Below, in pieces: positions 8,642 to 17,187 of a stretch of DNA of 64,000 nt (its first letter is position 1; each line of letters opens with the position of its first letter). A program made the position numbers and the translations under genes. The DNA comes from a virus, in the IMG/VR virus record IMGVR_UViG_3300029220_000112. One strand, 5' to 3'. The notes beneath the pieces were generated by a model. It worked only from the letters and a program-made list of their open reading frames with translations. It was not told where the DNA came from and searched no databases.

Positions 8642-9845
8642 TCTGAACCCTCTCCATCCAATCTTTTAAAAGTGTCCTCATTCTTCTGCTCGGCACATAC
8701 AGCCATATCTCTTCTCCACGCCTTATAGCCGATCTCCATATCCACTGTAACATAGTTGAAAGGGCGTACATATCTTGGTCTACCTCTACACCAAATTTCT
8801 CATACACACGCCTCTCCGCGACATTCATAAACAGGTTGACGGCGTAGGCGAGATACCTCTTGTTGATATATGAGTTAGTAGCCCTCTCGTTGAAGACGAC
8901 ATAACCCTTGGTGTAACCTCTGCCTTTCACCTTGTTGCAAGCGCTCTTATAGGTTCCCCACATACGCTCGTCCGCCTTGCACCCGCGCCATATATTGTTG
9001 TAGCAGTTGAATATATGGTCTTTTACTGTCTTAAGTTCGCCGTCCTCACCAGCCTTGCGCCTTTGATACCAGTTCATAGACAGCGCATGGGGTGGGTCGC
9101 CTATACGGTTGAGCTTTGGCGACTCTATTATATGTATAAGATCTTTGATGTGTTTAGTGTATTCCGGCACATAATCAACGCTGTCCGAGAAGCGATAAAC
9201 TCCGTCCCTTAGCGACACACCTATATAGGTATAGGGGATTTTATTGGCTTTCATAAAATAGCAAAGGCTTTGCCCGCCGAACAGATAGGTCAGTATAAAC
9301 ACCTCATCAAACGAGGTAAGCAACTCAGGCGACAGCGCCCAATAATAAAGCTTCTCCTTTGACCCATTGTTGAGGCTTATAATGCTATGAGAACGAAGCA
9401 TCTTCATTTCTTCGGAGAACTTACCCTCGTCATACCATTTACCCGTTGGCAAATATACGCCATTGTCATTCGTCAAAAAGCCTGTAGCCTTGAGCATTTT
9501 TACATCAATAGGCTTCAACTGGCTTTCAACAAGAACCTCTAAGCTCTCATCTATAATAAGGGTATACCCGAGTTCCTTTATCTTAGCCAAGGTCTCTCTG
9601 GAGTAGCTCTTGAAAGCCACATGAGTAGTGGTAATATTGCACCCCTTTTCAACAAGAGCAGCCGTATGCTCCGTTTTTCTAAAATGGTATTCACCCAGCT
9701 TGTTGCTCGGTTCAACGAAGCGCAGCTCCGGACACCCCTCTTTAATACGATTGCTCTCCGCCAGATACGGCGTTACATAAATAAATTTCTTCTCCTTGTG
9801 TTCGTTCATATAGGTAATGGCAGCTTCGGTTTTACCAGCACCCAT
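8610..9845 (-). CDS. P-loop NTPase (Walker A MGAGKTE at the extreme N-terminus, Walker B/DExx LIIDES), helicase/translocase-like
   Basis: GxGKT at residues 2-7, YVTPYLAES (motif Ia-like), hhhhDES. No specific family assignable by eye. Confidence 0.5.
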   Translation of the reverse strand: MGAGKTEAAITYMNEHKEKKFIYVTPYLAESNRIKEGCPELRFVEPSNKLGEYHFRKTEHTAALVEKGCNITTTHVAFKSYSRETLAKIKELGYTLIIDESLEVLVESQLKPIDVKMLKATGFLTNDNGVYLPTGKWYDEGKFSEEMKMLRSHSIISLNNGSKEKLYYWALSPELLTSFDEVFILTYLFGGQSLCYFMKANKIPYTYIGVSLRDGVYRFSDSVDYVPEYTKHIKDLIHIIESPKLNRIGDPPHALSMNWYQRRKAGEDGELKTVKDHIFNCYNNIWRGCKADERMWGTYKSACNKVKGRGYTKGYVVFNERATNSYINKRYLAYAVNLFMNVAERRVYEKFGVEVDQDMYALSTMLQWIWRSAIRRGEEIWLYVPSRRMRTLLKDWMERVQNGDKDEDDYE

Positions 9846-9899
9846 AATCGCATCGCATACTTTGACGCTAATAATGTTTTCCTCCCTATTTTTTGATTT

Positions 9900-11200
9900 T
9901 AAAACTTCAAATGTCTTAAAGATTTCTACACCCTTTGTATATCAAGGCATCTGAGCACCCCCTTGTCATAAAAACAATATATGTTATGTGAAGGTCACAA
10001 GTCCACTAACGTGTCCTTGCTCGTCACATAATTCCGTCTACGGAGTAGGCGGGAGGCTACGCTATACCACCTCGGGAGAAGTTCTCTTCGCAAGCTTCGC
10101 TAACTTCTCTTCGGAGATACCGCTGACGCCTCCCTCAAACATCTCCGTAGGCGGGTGGAAGGCTTCGCCTTATTTCTAAAGGAAGACTGCATCCTCGGTT
10201 CGCTCCATCTTGAGGCGAACTCAGCAAGCCTTTAACTGCGCTGCGCTCCGTTTCCGTTCGCCTTATTAGTGTCGCTCACCTCGGATTTGCCTTGAAACGG
10301 CTTACGCCGTAGCCTATACCACTATGTTATGTATATACCTTACACCCGAGGTTGGCTGATTTACCAAAATCTGAAGGTTAAATTTATGAATAAATTATTA
10401 ACAGAAGTAGAGGGTAGAAGCTTAGCGCATAGCGATAAACATAAATAAAAAAACGCGCCCTTCGGCGCGTAAGACGATCGTATATATATATATAGAACTT
10501 GTAGAAGCTTTCCTCGAAGATGTCAGCCTGTACATACCAACCCTGATGGGTCTATAGGCTTATACCACGAACGAAAGACCGCTCGTAAGGTAGACTTTAG
10601 GGATTTTAGCCTGTACCACATCTTTATCTCGGATGCTCGTAGGGGTAACTTTGTGCGTAGAGCGGGCTTTTACCAGTTTTTTTAAAATTTTAAAAAGCAC
10701 CAATCTACCTGACCCGTAGAAGATACCCTCTACTATGGGCGGGATTTGTGTAGTTCTGAGGGTCTATTTTGACGACGTGTGAGTGGGGTTGATTAACTAA
10801 GCGGTTTTTCACGATTATTTTTCTGCTATAGGTTTAAAATAGCCCCCCTTACGGGGAATAATCTATAAAGGCGTATTTTATGGATTATTATACCTATATA
10901 GTCGAGGTATACAAGCTATGATATTTTAGTGTTATATAAGCATTATTTTTTGTTGTATTTACAACGCCGTCTACACGTCAGCGTCAACACTGCATAATAT
11001 CACCGTCAACACGTCAATTACATCTTATATGCTAAAATAAAAAAATACCTATGCATCAAAAAATAAATTCCGATGTGTATAGGTATTATATTATATATTA
11101 TATAGGTAGGTATATATGCCTATAATGTCGGGACGGCTACACCGTCCCCATCGGCGGCACTTGTGCCGCCTAATAGACGCGCGAACATCTATTATTCTGC
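9900..11200. other. 1.3-kb ORF-free segment with locally GC-rich, repeat-bearing sequence (candidate structured ncRNA or iteron array)
   Basis: No ORF over 65 aa on either strand. The octamer TATACCAC occurs at 10064, 10315 and 10561 (~250-nt period). GTAGGCGGG-like motifs at 10046, 10148 and 10737. Paired hairpins at 11134-11182. Confidence 0.4.
10446..10470 (-). terminator. rho-independent terminator (minus strand)
   Basis: ACGCGCC-CTTC-GGCGCGT hairpin preceded on the plus strand by AAAAAAA (a U-tract on the minus strand). Confidence 0.6.
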
Positions 11201-11207
11201 GCAAGAA

Positions 11208-11564
11208 TTATTTATCGTTGATTGGTAGGTGCAGCACGGCGCGGAGTGCATCGGGGGATATATGCGCGGCGGCGGCTACTACTGACACCGCCGTGTTCAG
11301 GTTGGGCGGCTCAGGTGTAGCGGGCGCGGGGCGTTCGAGTAGTGTATCTATAGATATATTTAAATAATCGCATATACGGGCGAGGGTTTTATAGTTTGGG
11401 GTTTTGTCGTATTTGTGCATTTGTTGTACTGTATCCTTGCCTATGCTTAATTCTTGTAACATAGTTTTAATCGTGATATTTTGCCGCATACACTCTTTTT
11501 TAATCTTTTCTGCAATAATAGCATTATCGTAATTGTTAGTATTGCACAAGTTCATCAGCTCCAT
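11208..11564 (-). CDS. XRE-family HTH transcriptional regulator (CI-like prophage repressor candidate)
   Basis: IKKECMRQNITIKTMLQELSIGKDTVQQMHKY...TLARICDYLNISIDTL is a canonical Cro/C1-type HTH. It is divergent from the plus-strand early operon across a long AT-rich switch region. The C-terminal tail is low-complexity. Confidence 0.7.
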   Translation of the reverse strand: MELMNLCNTNNYDNAIIAEKIKKECMRQNITIKTMLQELSIGKDTVQQMHKYDKTPNYKTLARICDYLNISIDTLLERPAPATPEPPNLNTAVSVVAAAAHISPDALRAVLHLPINDK

Positions 11565-12443
11565 TGTATAGGTTTATTGTGTATATGTTACAAAGATGCG
11601 TAAAATCTGCAAAAAAATGCTTATTATTCTTTTTAGAGTATATAATGCTGCAATCGCATGCTATAATGTGCTTGCACTTGAGGGACAAGCCCCGACGGAC
11701 AAGCCGCCGACGATGAGCTACTGAGCCACGCGGACAAGGCGCGCGGGGTATCCCAAAAGTACAATCATCCGAATATACACCATTATATAATAGGGGGTCT
11801 AAAAAGTCAAGCGCGGTCAAGCGCACTATTCAAGCGGCTTGCTATCCGTTCAAGGGTAAAAAGACGGAAAACGGAACACATAATTATTGAATATAGCCTT
11901 GCAATACTTTGATATTGCTATCACGCTTTGACGGCTTTTTATAGCTATCAGCCAGAGGCGGCGCGTGCCGTGACGCGCTCCCGATTTTTCAATAATGCAA
12001 AATACCTTGCAAGCTATTTATATAGCTATTATCGCGTTTATTAAATTTTTCGGTTGCAAGGGTGACGCGCGGTCAGAGGGCGCGGAAAGATTTAGAAAAT
12101 TTTCGGAGGGGGCTAAAACCTCCCGCCGCGTATGGTGCGTATGTGTTCGGACGCCGCAAAAGCCACGATAAAAAATAACCTATTCATTAATGTTATAAAG
12201 ATATTTTAGCTTTACACTGCCCGCGCTATTTCTCAGGAAATACGGACAACGGACAGTAATTTTTATTCTTAGGAATAAATATTTACTGTAAAGTAAAGAT
12301 ATTAATATTTCATTGAATGAATAATGACGATATATAATTAATTCATTTTTAACACATTTCGAGCGCGTGAGCTGTTATATGTTCGCGCGTTCTTTAATGT
12401 GCTAAAAGCATATAAAAATTTTAAATAAGGACGGTAAAAAATC

Positions 12444-13346
12444 ATGAAAAAGACAACAGAAAAGAAAGCATTACGGAATATTGCGGATATCAGAGCAGAT
12501 CTTGAAACACGCGCCAACGCCTACAACGCGGCAATAAATGCCGACGATACAAAAGCGGCAGAACTCGAAAAGCTCGACAATGAAACATCAGAGCTCGAAA
12601 AAGAGTACACCCGCGCCGCGTTTCATGCGACGGCTCTCGAACTGCTCGACAACCCCGCGCCCATGCTTGCGGCGGCAACGGCTCTGACTTTCGAGACGCT
12701 GAAACACAAAGACAAAGAGGATGAAAACGGCATAAAATCGCGTGAAATTGTCACGGCTGAACGCCCGCTTGACTTTGTCGCGCTTGAATCATTTTTTGTT
12801 GAGCGCGGAAAGAAATTCGGCGCGGAATCTGCATGGGTTTACAAAGTCGCGGCTTTTAATCGTTTGCTCTGCATGAGAACGGCGCAGAGCATCGGCGCGG
12901 ATGTGAAAACAGTCGCGGAAAAGTTCGCTACACCTACACAAGCCCGCGATATCGATCTTGGCAAAACTCCGACAAGCAACACGCAATTGCTCAAACAATT
13001 ACAGATGATAATTGACTCTCTGCTTTATGTAGAGGGCGAAAAGGGCAATATCTATAAAGCAAATTCTCACGATGTCGGTTATCTGTTATCTCTCTACGCG
13101 AAGAAGGGGCGCGGCGTTCTGAGTGTTGCGGCGGCTCGCCCGAAGTATCTCGAAAAGCTTATTGCGGAAATACTTCACCGCATAGTTACCGAAAAGTCCT
13201 ATAATATCGAGTTCAAGGAAAAGAAAGAACGCGCCGCTGGCAAAATAGACCCTAAACCCGCCGGGGCTGTTGAATCCGCGAGAAAATCCGCGAAAAAATC
13301 GAGTGCAAAGGCTCAGACAAAAGCAAAGGCAACAAAAGCGGCATAA
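12444..13346 (+). CDS. hypothetical early protein with Lys/Ala-rich histone-H1-like C-terminal tail
   Basis: First plus-strand gene after the switch. AAGGACGG RBS. Markedly higher GC than neighbours. Tail KSAKKSSAKAQTKAKATKAA. Confidence 0.55.
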   Translation: MKKTTEKKALRNIADIRADLETRANAYNAAINADDTKAAELEKLDNETSELEKEYTRAAFHATALELLDNPAPMLAAATALTFETLKHKDKEDENGIKSREIVTAERPLDFVALESFFVERGKKFGAESAWVYKVAAFNRLLCMRTAQSIGADVKTVAEKFATPTQARDIDLGKTPTSNTQLLKQLQMIIDSLLYVEGEKGNIYKANSHDVGYLLSLYAKKGRGVLSVAAARPKYLEKLIAEILHRIVTEKSYNIEFKEKKERAAGKIDPKPAGAVESARKSAKKSSAKAQTKAKATKAA

Positions 13347-13415
13347 AAAATTTTACGCTCAAAAGTGAAATTAAATCAAAACTAAAAATCTAAATAAGAA
13401 AGGAAATTTAAAATC

Positions 13416-13625
13416 ATGCGCTATTACAAAGTTAAACCGGAATACGATGGGACCCACAAGAACCCACTCATACACAACGGTAACATTTTAATCGGAGGTG
13501 AGCTTTATACGGAATCAGAACGAATTAAGATGCGATTCGTGCCAGATAAGTGTTTCGATGTCGTGGATATCCCACACGACAAAACTAAATTTATATTCGG
13601 CGCAAGATTTGCATTTGGAATCTAA
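13416..13625 (+). CDS. hypothetical small protein
   Basis: ATG preceded by the AGAAAGGAAAT motif. Confidence 0.45.
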   Translation: MRYYKVKPEYDGTHKNPLIHNGNILIGGELYTESERIKMRFVPDKCFDVVDIPHDKTKFIFGARFAFGI

Positions 13626-13646
13626 ATCAGAAAGGAATCGAAAATC

Positions 13647-14099
13647 ATGGTAAACACTATACAGAATGATTATGTCATGCAGGCAAATGAGTTTTCAGAA
13701 CGAAACGGAATTGAAATTAAAATCACTTTTAAGGAGCGAAATTCAAATCCGATGTGGGAGGAAAATTATTTGCGAAACTGCTATTCGGTTTATATCCGAA
13801 ACACAAACAGCGGAGCGGTTATGCGCGTGACATTTTGGGATTCCATATATAACACAACACACAATATCACGCCGACTTGCTACGACATTCTCGCGTGTCT
13901 GACGAAGTATGACCCCGGTGACTATGAGGATTTTTGTTCGGAATTTGGGTATGAAACCGAAACCGAAAACAAATTCGGCAGACTAACGCGAAATCCGAAC
14001 GCTTATAAGATTTGGAAGGCGTGTTGTCACGAATGGGAAGGAGTAAAGCGCGTATTCGGAGAAGATGAAATACTCGAAGAATTAAAGGAAATAAACTAA
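13647..14099 (+). CDS. hypothetical protein (150 aa)
   Basis: ATG preceded by TCAGAAAGGAAT. Confidence 0.5.
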   Translation: MVNTIQNDYVMQANEFSERNGIEIKITFKERNSNPMWEENYLRNCYSVYIRNTNSGAVMRVTFWDSIYNTTHNITPTCYDILACLTKYDPGDYEDFCSEFGYETETENKFGRLTRNPNAYKIWKACCHEWEGVKRVFGEDEILEELKEIN

Positions 14100-14419
14100 A
14101 GAAAATCACTTCGGAAATTGGTAATGAAATTATATTCCCGAAGTGTTTCTATTCTCAAAACATAATCTAAACACTACAAAATCGAAACGAAAATGAAAGG
14201 AGCGAATATTTTACTATTTCATACGAAAAGTTTGTAAAGGGAGTGATATGGAAAGTCGGATTTGAAACGAAAATCCGTTTTGAAAACGACGGCGAAAAGT
14301 ATACGGCATACATAACGGGCGGAATTATTATCTACGGAAATAGCATATCCGCTCTTGTATTGGTGCGCTGGGGCGACGGTCATTCGGCGCGAATAAAATT
14401 AGAGGAGGAAAGGAAATCA

Positions 14420-14599
14420 TGAGCTATAGTACCTATGGGGTCGAAGTTGAAAAGCAAAACGGTTTGGTAATCGGAAAACATTTCGACAATCTCGATGATG
14501 CAATATGTGTAGCCGAACGGGCTGTATATGAGCGCGGCTGCGTGTGGTCGTGCGTATATATGCCTAACGGCGATATTTATGTTGAGTATGAGGCGTGAG
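14420..14599 (+). CDS. hypothetical small protein (59 aa)
   Basis: GGAGGAAAGGAAATC then ATG; sequence MSYSTYGVEVEKQNG... Below the ORF-track cutoff. Confidence 0.4.
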
Positions 14600-14676
14600 C
14601 CGAGTATAGCTTTAACTAATACGAGACGTAAATCAAAATCAAAAATGAAATTAAATTCTGAAAGGAAAATGAAATT

Positions 14677-15507
14677 ATGTCACTTGCACTTGTTAACAAC
14701 GCGAACGAAACTTATGACACCCGCGCTCTTTACATCGAAACAATTTTGCGGAACGTGCCGGAAATCGGCGGGCTGAAATTTGCGGAGATACCGGTTGATC
14801 TGCTGAGTGTTCCCGCGACATATCAGCGCCCGCAGCACGGACACGAAAAGGAAATCGCTAAGCAGTGGAATAAGAAGAAGGCGGGCGCGCTTGTGGTTAG
14901 CTATCGAGACGGACAGCTCTATGTTATTGACGGACAGCACAGGCTTATAGCGGCGCGAATGGTTGGCGAGCAGACAATGCCGTGTCAGATTTATGAGGGA
15001 CTGAGCGAAGCGGAAGAGGCTTTAATTTTCGGAAAGCAGGACGAAAACAAAATCAAATTGAAAACTATAGAGAAAATCTACGCTTTGTTCATCGGCGGTG
15101 ACGCAAAGGCAATAAAGCTCAAGCAGATATGCGACGACTATGGCGTGGTGCTTTTCCCGCAGGACAGCAAGGAAACGAAACCAATGCTTACCGGTCTGCG
15201 CGTGACTCTAACTGCACTCAATGCCTACGGAGAGGACTGCGTGAAATGGATTTTCGATACGATTAAGAAATCGGGTTGGCATCTTGTTCCGGGTGCGTAT
15301 TGTGAAGCGGATATAAATTCACTTCGCAATCTGTATGTCGCTCACAGAAACGAAATCGATAAGGTTCAGGATATCGTTATCAACATTTACAAGCGAACAA
15401 ACTACGACCATATTCAGTCGCTGGCAACCGTGCAGTACCCGGCGAGAACCAAAATCGCATCTCTGACGGCTCTGCTCGAAGCGGCTGTTGAAGAAAATGT
15501 AGCGTAA
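14677..15507 (+). CDS. ParB-like nuclease domain protein
   Basis: LYVIDGQHRLIAARMVG is the ParB/Srx DGQHR motif. Confidence 0.65.
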   Translation: MSLALVNNANETYDTRALYIETILRNVPEIGGLKFAEIPVDLLSVPATYQRPQHGHEKEIAKQWNKKKAGALVVSYRDGQLYVIDGQHRLIAARMVGEQTMPCQIYEGLSEAEEALIFGKQDENKIKLKTIEKIYALFIGGDAKAIKLKQICDDYGVVLFPQDSKETKPMLTGLRVTLTALNAYGEDCVKWIFDTIKKSGWHLVPGAYCEADINSLRNLYVAHRNEIDKVQDIVINIYKRTNYDHIQSLATVQYPARTKIASLTALLEAAVEENVA

Positions 15508-15615
15508 AATTTTAAAAGATTTTGGTAAATAACCGAAGTCGTGATATAAGATAGAGCCGCAGTGAAAGGAAAACCAAACTCGGCTGCTAAATTTAAAATC
15601 AGAAAGGAAATGAAA

Positions 15616-15825
15616 ATGGAAATCAGAGAGGAAACGAAAGACTGGATAGATTTTAGCGAAATACGCTGCGGAGATGTGTTTCGTACCGAGGACGACGATT
15701 ACTATATGAGGGTAAGCGGGTCAGCAAAGTACAACGCTGTTAGAGTTGGTACTGGGCAGTTAGCCTGTTTTGGCGGCGAATTGGTGAGTCCAGTTCACAA
15801 CGCGAAAATGGTGGTTAATTTCTGA
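15616..15825 (+). CDS. hypothetical small protein
   Basis: TCAGAAAGGAAATGAAA then ATG. Confidence 0.45.
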   Translation: MEIREETKDWIDFSEIRCGDVFRTEDDDYYMRVSGSAKYNAVRVGTGQLACFGGELVSPVHNAKMVVNF

Positions 15826-15837
15826 AAGGAGATCAAA

Positions 15838-16032
15838 ATGAAAATCGAAATCAAAACCGGGAACGCTGCTTTCCATGACTGTGACGCGGAAAATGAATAT
15901 GCCGACTACTATGCCACGGCGGCTGAGCTTGACCGAATTTTCGGGCAAATAAGCAGAGCTGTAGCCGAAGGGCGAACAGACGGCAAGGTGATAGACATCA
16001 ACGGAAACATATGCGGAGAGTGGAAAATCTGA
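15838..16032 (+). CDS. hypothetical small protein
   Basis: TGAAAGGAGATCAAA then ATG. Confidence 0.45.
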   Translation: MKIEIKTGNAAFHDCDAENEYADYYATAAELDRIFGQISRAVAEGRTDGKVIDINGNICGEWKI

Positions 16033-16033
16033 A

Positions 16034-16243
16034 ATGAAAATGATTTTTGTTGTGGTTGTCACTGCCGAAAACGGAAAGTATTTCGCCTTCGCCGACACGA
16101 TAGCGACGGGTAATAACTTAATCGCCATACTTAAAAGATATAATGCTGATATATGTCATTTGTGTGAGAGCCGTATAGAGGCGGAGGAACTGGCGCGAAA
16201 ATGGAATGAGTCATATAGGCAAAACGGTACAAACTTATTTTAA
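16034..16243 (+). CDS. hypothetical small protein
   Basis: Tightly coupled to the upstream gene. Confidence 0.4.
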   Translation: MKMIFVVVVTAENGKYFAFADTIATGNNLIAILKRYNADICHLCESRIEAEELARKWNESYRQNGTNLF

Positions 16244-16261
16244 ATCAGAAAGGGAATCAAA

Positions 16262-16465
16262 ATGGAATTGAGATTTGCAATCACAACTGTAATTGAAATT
16301 GCCTTCGTCGTCGCGTTTCTGTATGCGCTGTGGCACGAGGGTAAAATTATAGCTTTCGAGGAACGGATGGAGGATGCCGTAGCTCGATGGCTTGCAAAGA
16401 AAATCATAAACAGAAGGAGGAGAGCCGCGGTTGACAGAAGAAGACAGAATGAAAAGGTTCGTTAA
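16262..16465 (+). CDS. hypothetical small membrane protein (one TM helix, Arg-rich C-terminus)
   Basis: TCAGAAAGGGAATCAAA then ATG. Hydrophobic stretch ITTVIEIAFVVAFLYALW. Confidence 0.45.
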   Translation: MELRFAITTVIEIAFVVAFLYALWHEGKIIAFEERMEDAVARWLAKKIINRRRRAAVDRRRQNEKVR

Positions 16466-16595
16466 ACACAAAATCAAAGTCCTAAAGGAATTGGGCGTGA
16501 GTCTGACAACCGAAGATGAAAAGCGTTTGGCGACGGCTTCCAGTTATATCGCTGTAGATAATATGGCGAGAACGATGATTCAGAAATTAAATTAA
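16449..16595 (+). CDS. hypothetical small protein (48 aa) containing one copy of a 23-bp repeat
   Basis: ATG ORF MKRFVKHKIKVLKEL... It carries AAAAGCGTTTGGCGACGGCTTCC, which recurs at 27971. Confidence 0.3.
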   Translation: MKRFVKHKIKVLKELGVSLTTEDEKRLATASSYIAVDNMARTMIQKLN

Positions 16596-16614
16596 AATTC
16601 AGGAGGAAAATGAA

Positions 16615-16890
16615 ATGAATAAGGTTATCAAGGGAAAGAAATACAACACAGAAACTGCAAAGGAAATTTGCGATAGAACAAGCTACTGCAACGGAACGCC
16701 GAGCAGTTGGACAACTCTTTATCAGAAGAAAACCGGTGAGTTTTTTATAGCTCGAATATCCAGCGGCATGAATTGCTGGGACACGGAAAACAAAATCACA
16801 CCGATCGGTATCGATGAAGCAAAAGTGTTTGCTGAAGAGAACATGGATGCGGATGGCTATGAGTCCGTGTTCGGTGAAGTCGAAGAGTAA
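16615..16890 (+). CDS. hypothetical protein
   Basis: AGGAGGAAAATGAA then ATG. Confidence 0.5.
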   Translation: MNKVIKGKKYNTETAKEICDRTSYCNGTPSSWTTLYQKKTGEFFIARISSGMNCWDTENKITPIGIDEAKVFAEENMDADGYESVFGEVEE

Positions 16891-16914
16891 AGGGAAAGGA
16901 GAATTGAAAATAAA

Positions 16915-17169
16915 ATGAGTCACGGATATAAAGTAGGCGACAGGGTTATAAGCTTGTGTGAACCGGGGATGTTCGCAAAAGCTACGGTTTGTTATACGGG
17001 CGAACTCCCGATAATAGATTGGGATGTAGGGATAGCTTACGATGAACCTATTGGTGTACATAATTGCAGTGGACACTGCGAAGAAGGACATGGGCTTTGG
17101 GTCAGCGAGTCAGGTTTGATACCCGAGCCCTCTAAGAAGGCTTCAGAACGAGAATATATTCAGCTTTAA
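16915..17169 (+). CDS. hypothetical protein
   Basis: AAGGAGAATTGAAAATAAA then ATG. Confidence 0.45.
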   Translation: MSHGYKVGDRVISLCEPGMFAKATVCYTGELPIIDWDVGIAYDEPIGVHNCSGHCEEGHGLWVSESGLIPEPSKKASEREYIQL

Positions 17170-17187
17170 ATCAAGGAGGAAAATAAA

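Noticed and set aside
10000-10340. tmRNA, tRNA-like gene or retron msr-msd in the GC-rich part of the ORF-free segment.
   Set aside because: There is no tRNA-like T-arm or acceptor end with CCA, no tag-peptide reading frame ending in a hydrophobic ...AA stop, and no reverse transcriptase gene nearby. The segment is kept only as an unclassified structured or repeat region.
11536-11826. 96-aa minus-strand ORF in the switch region.
   Set aside because: It overlaps the repressor start region, has no RBS, and covers AT-rich promoter-like sequence, so it is likely noncoding.
14528-14776. 82-aa plus-strand ORF from the track.
   Set aside because: It is out of frame with, and overlaps, two better-supported genes: the 59-aa ORF at 14420-14599 with a GGAGGAAAGGAAATC RBS, and the ParB-like gene starting at 14677.
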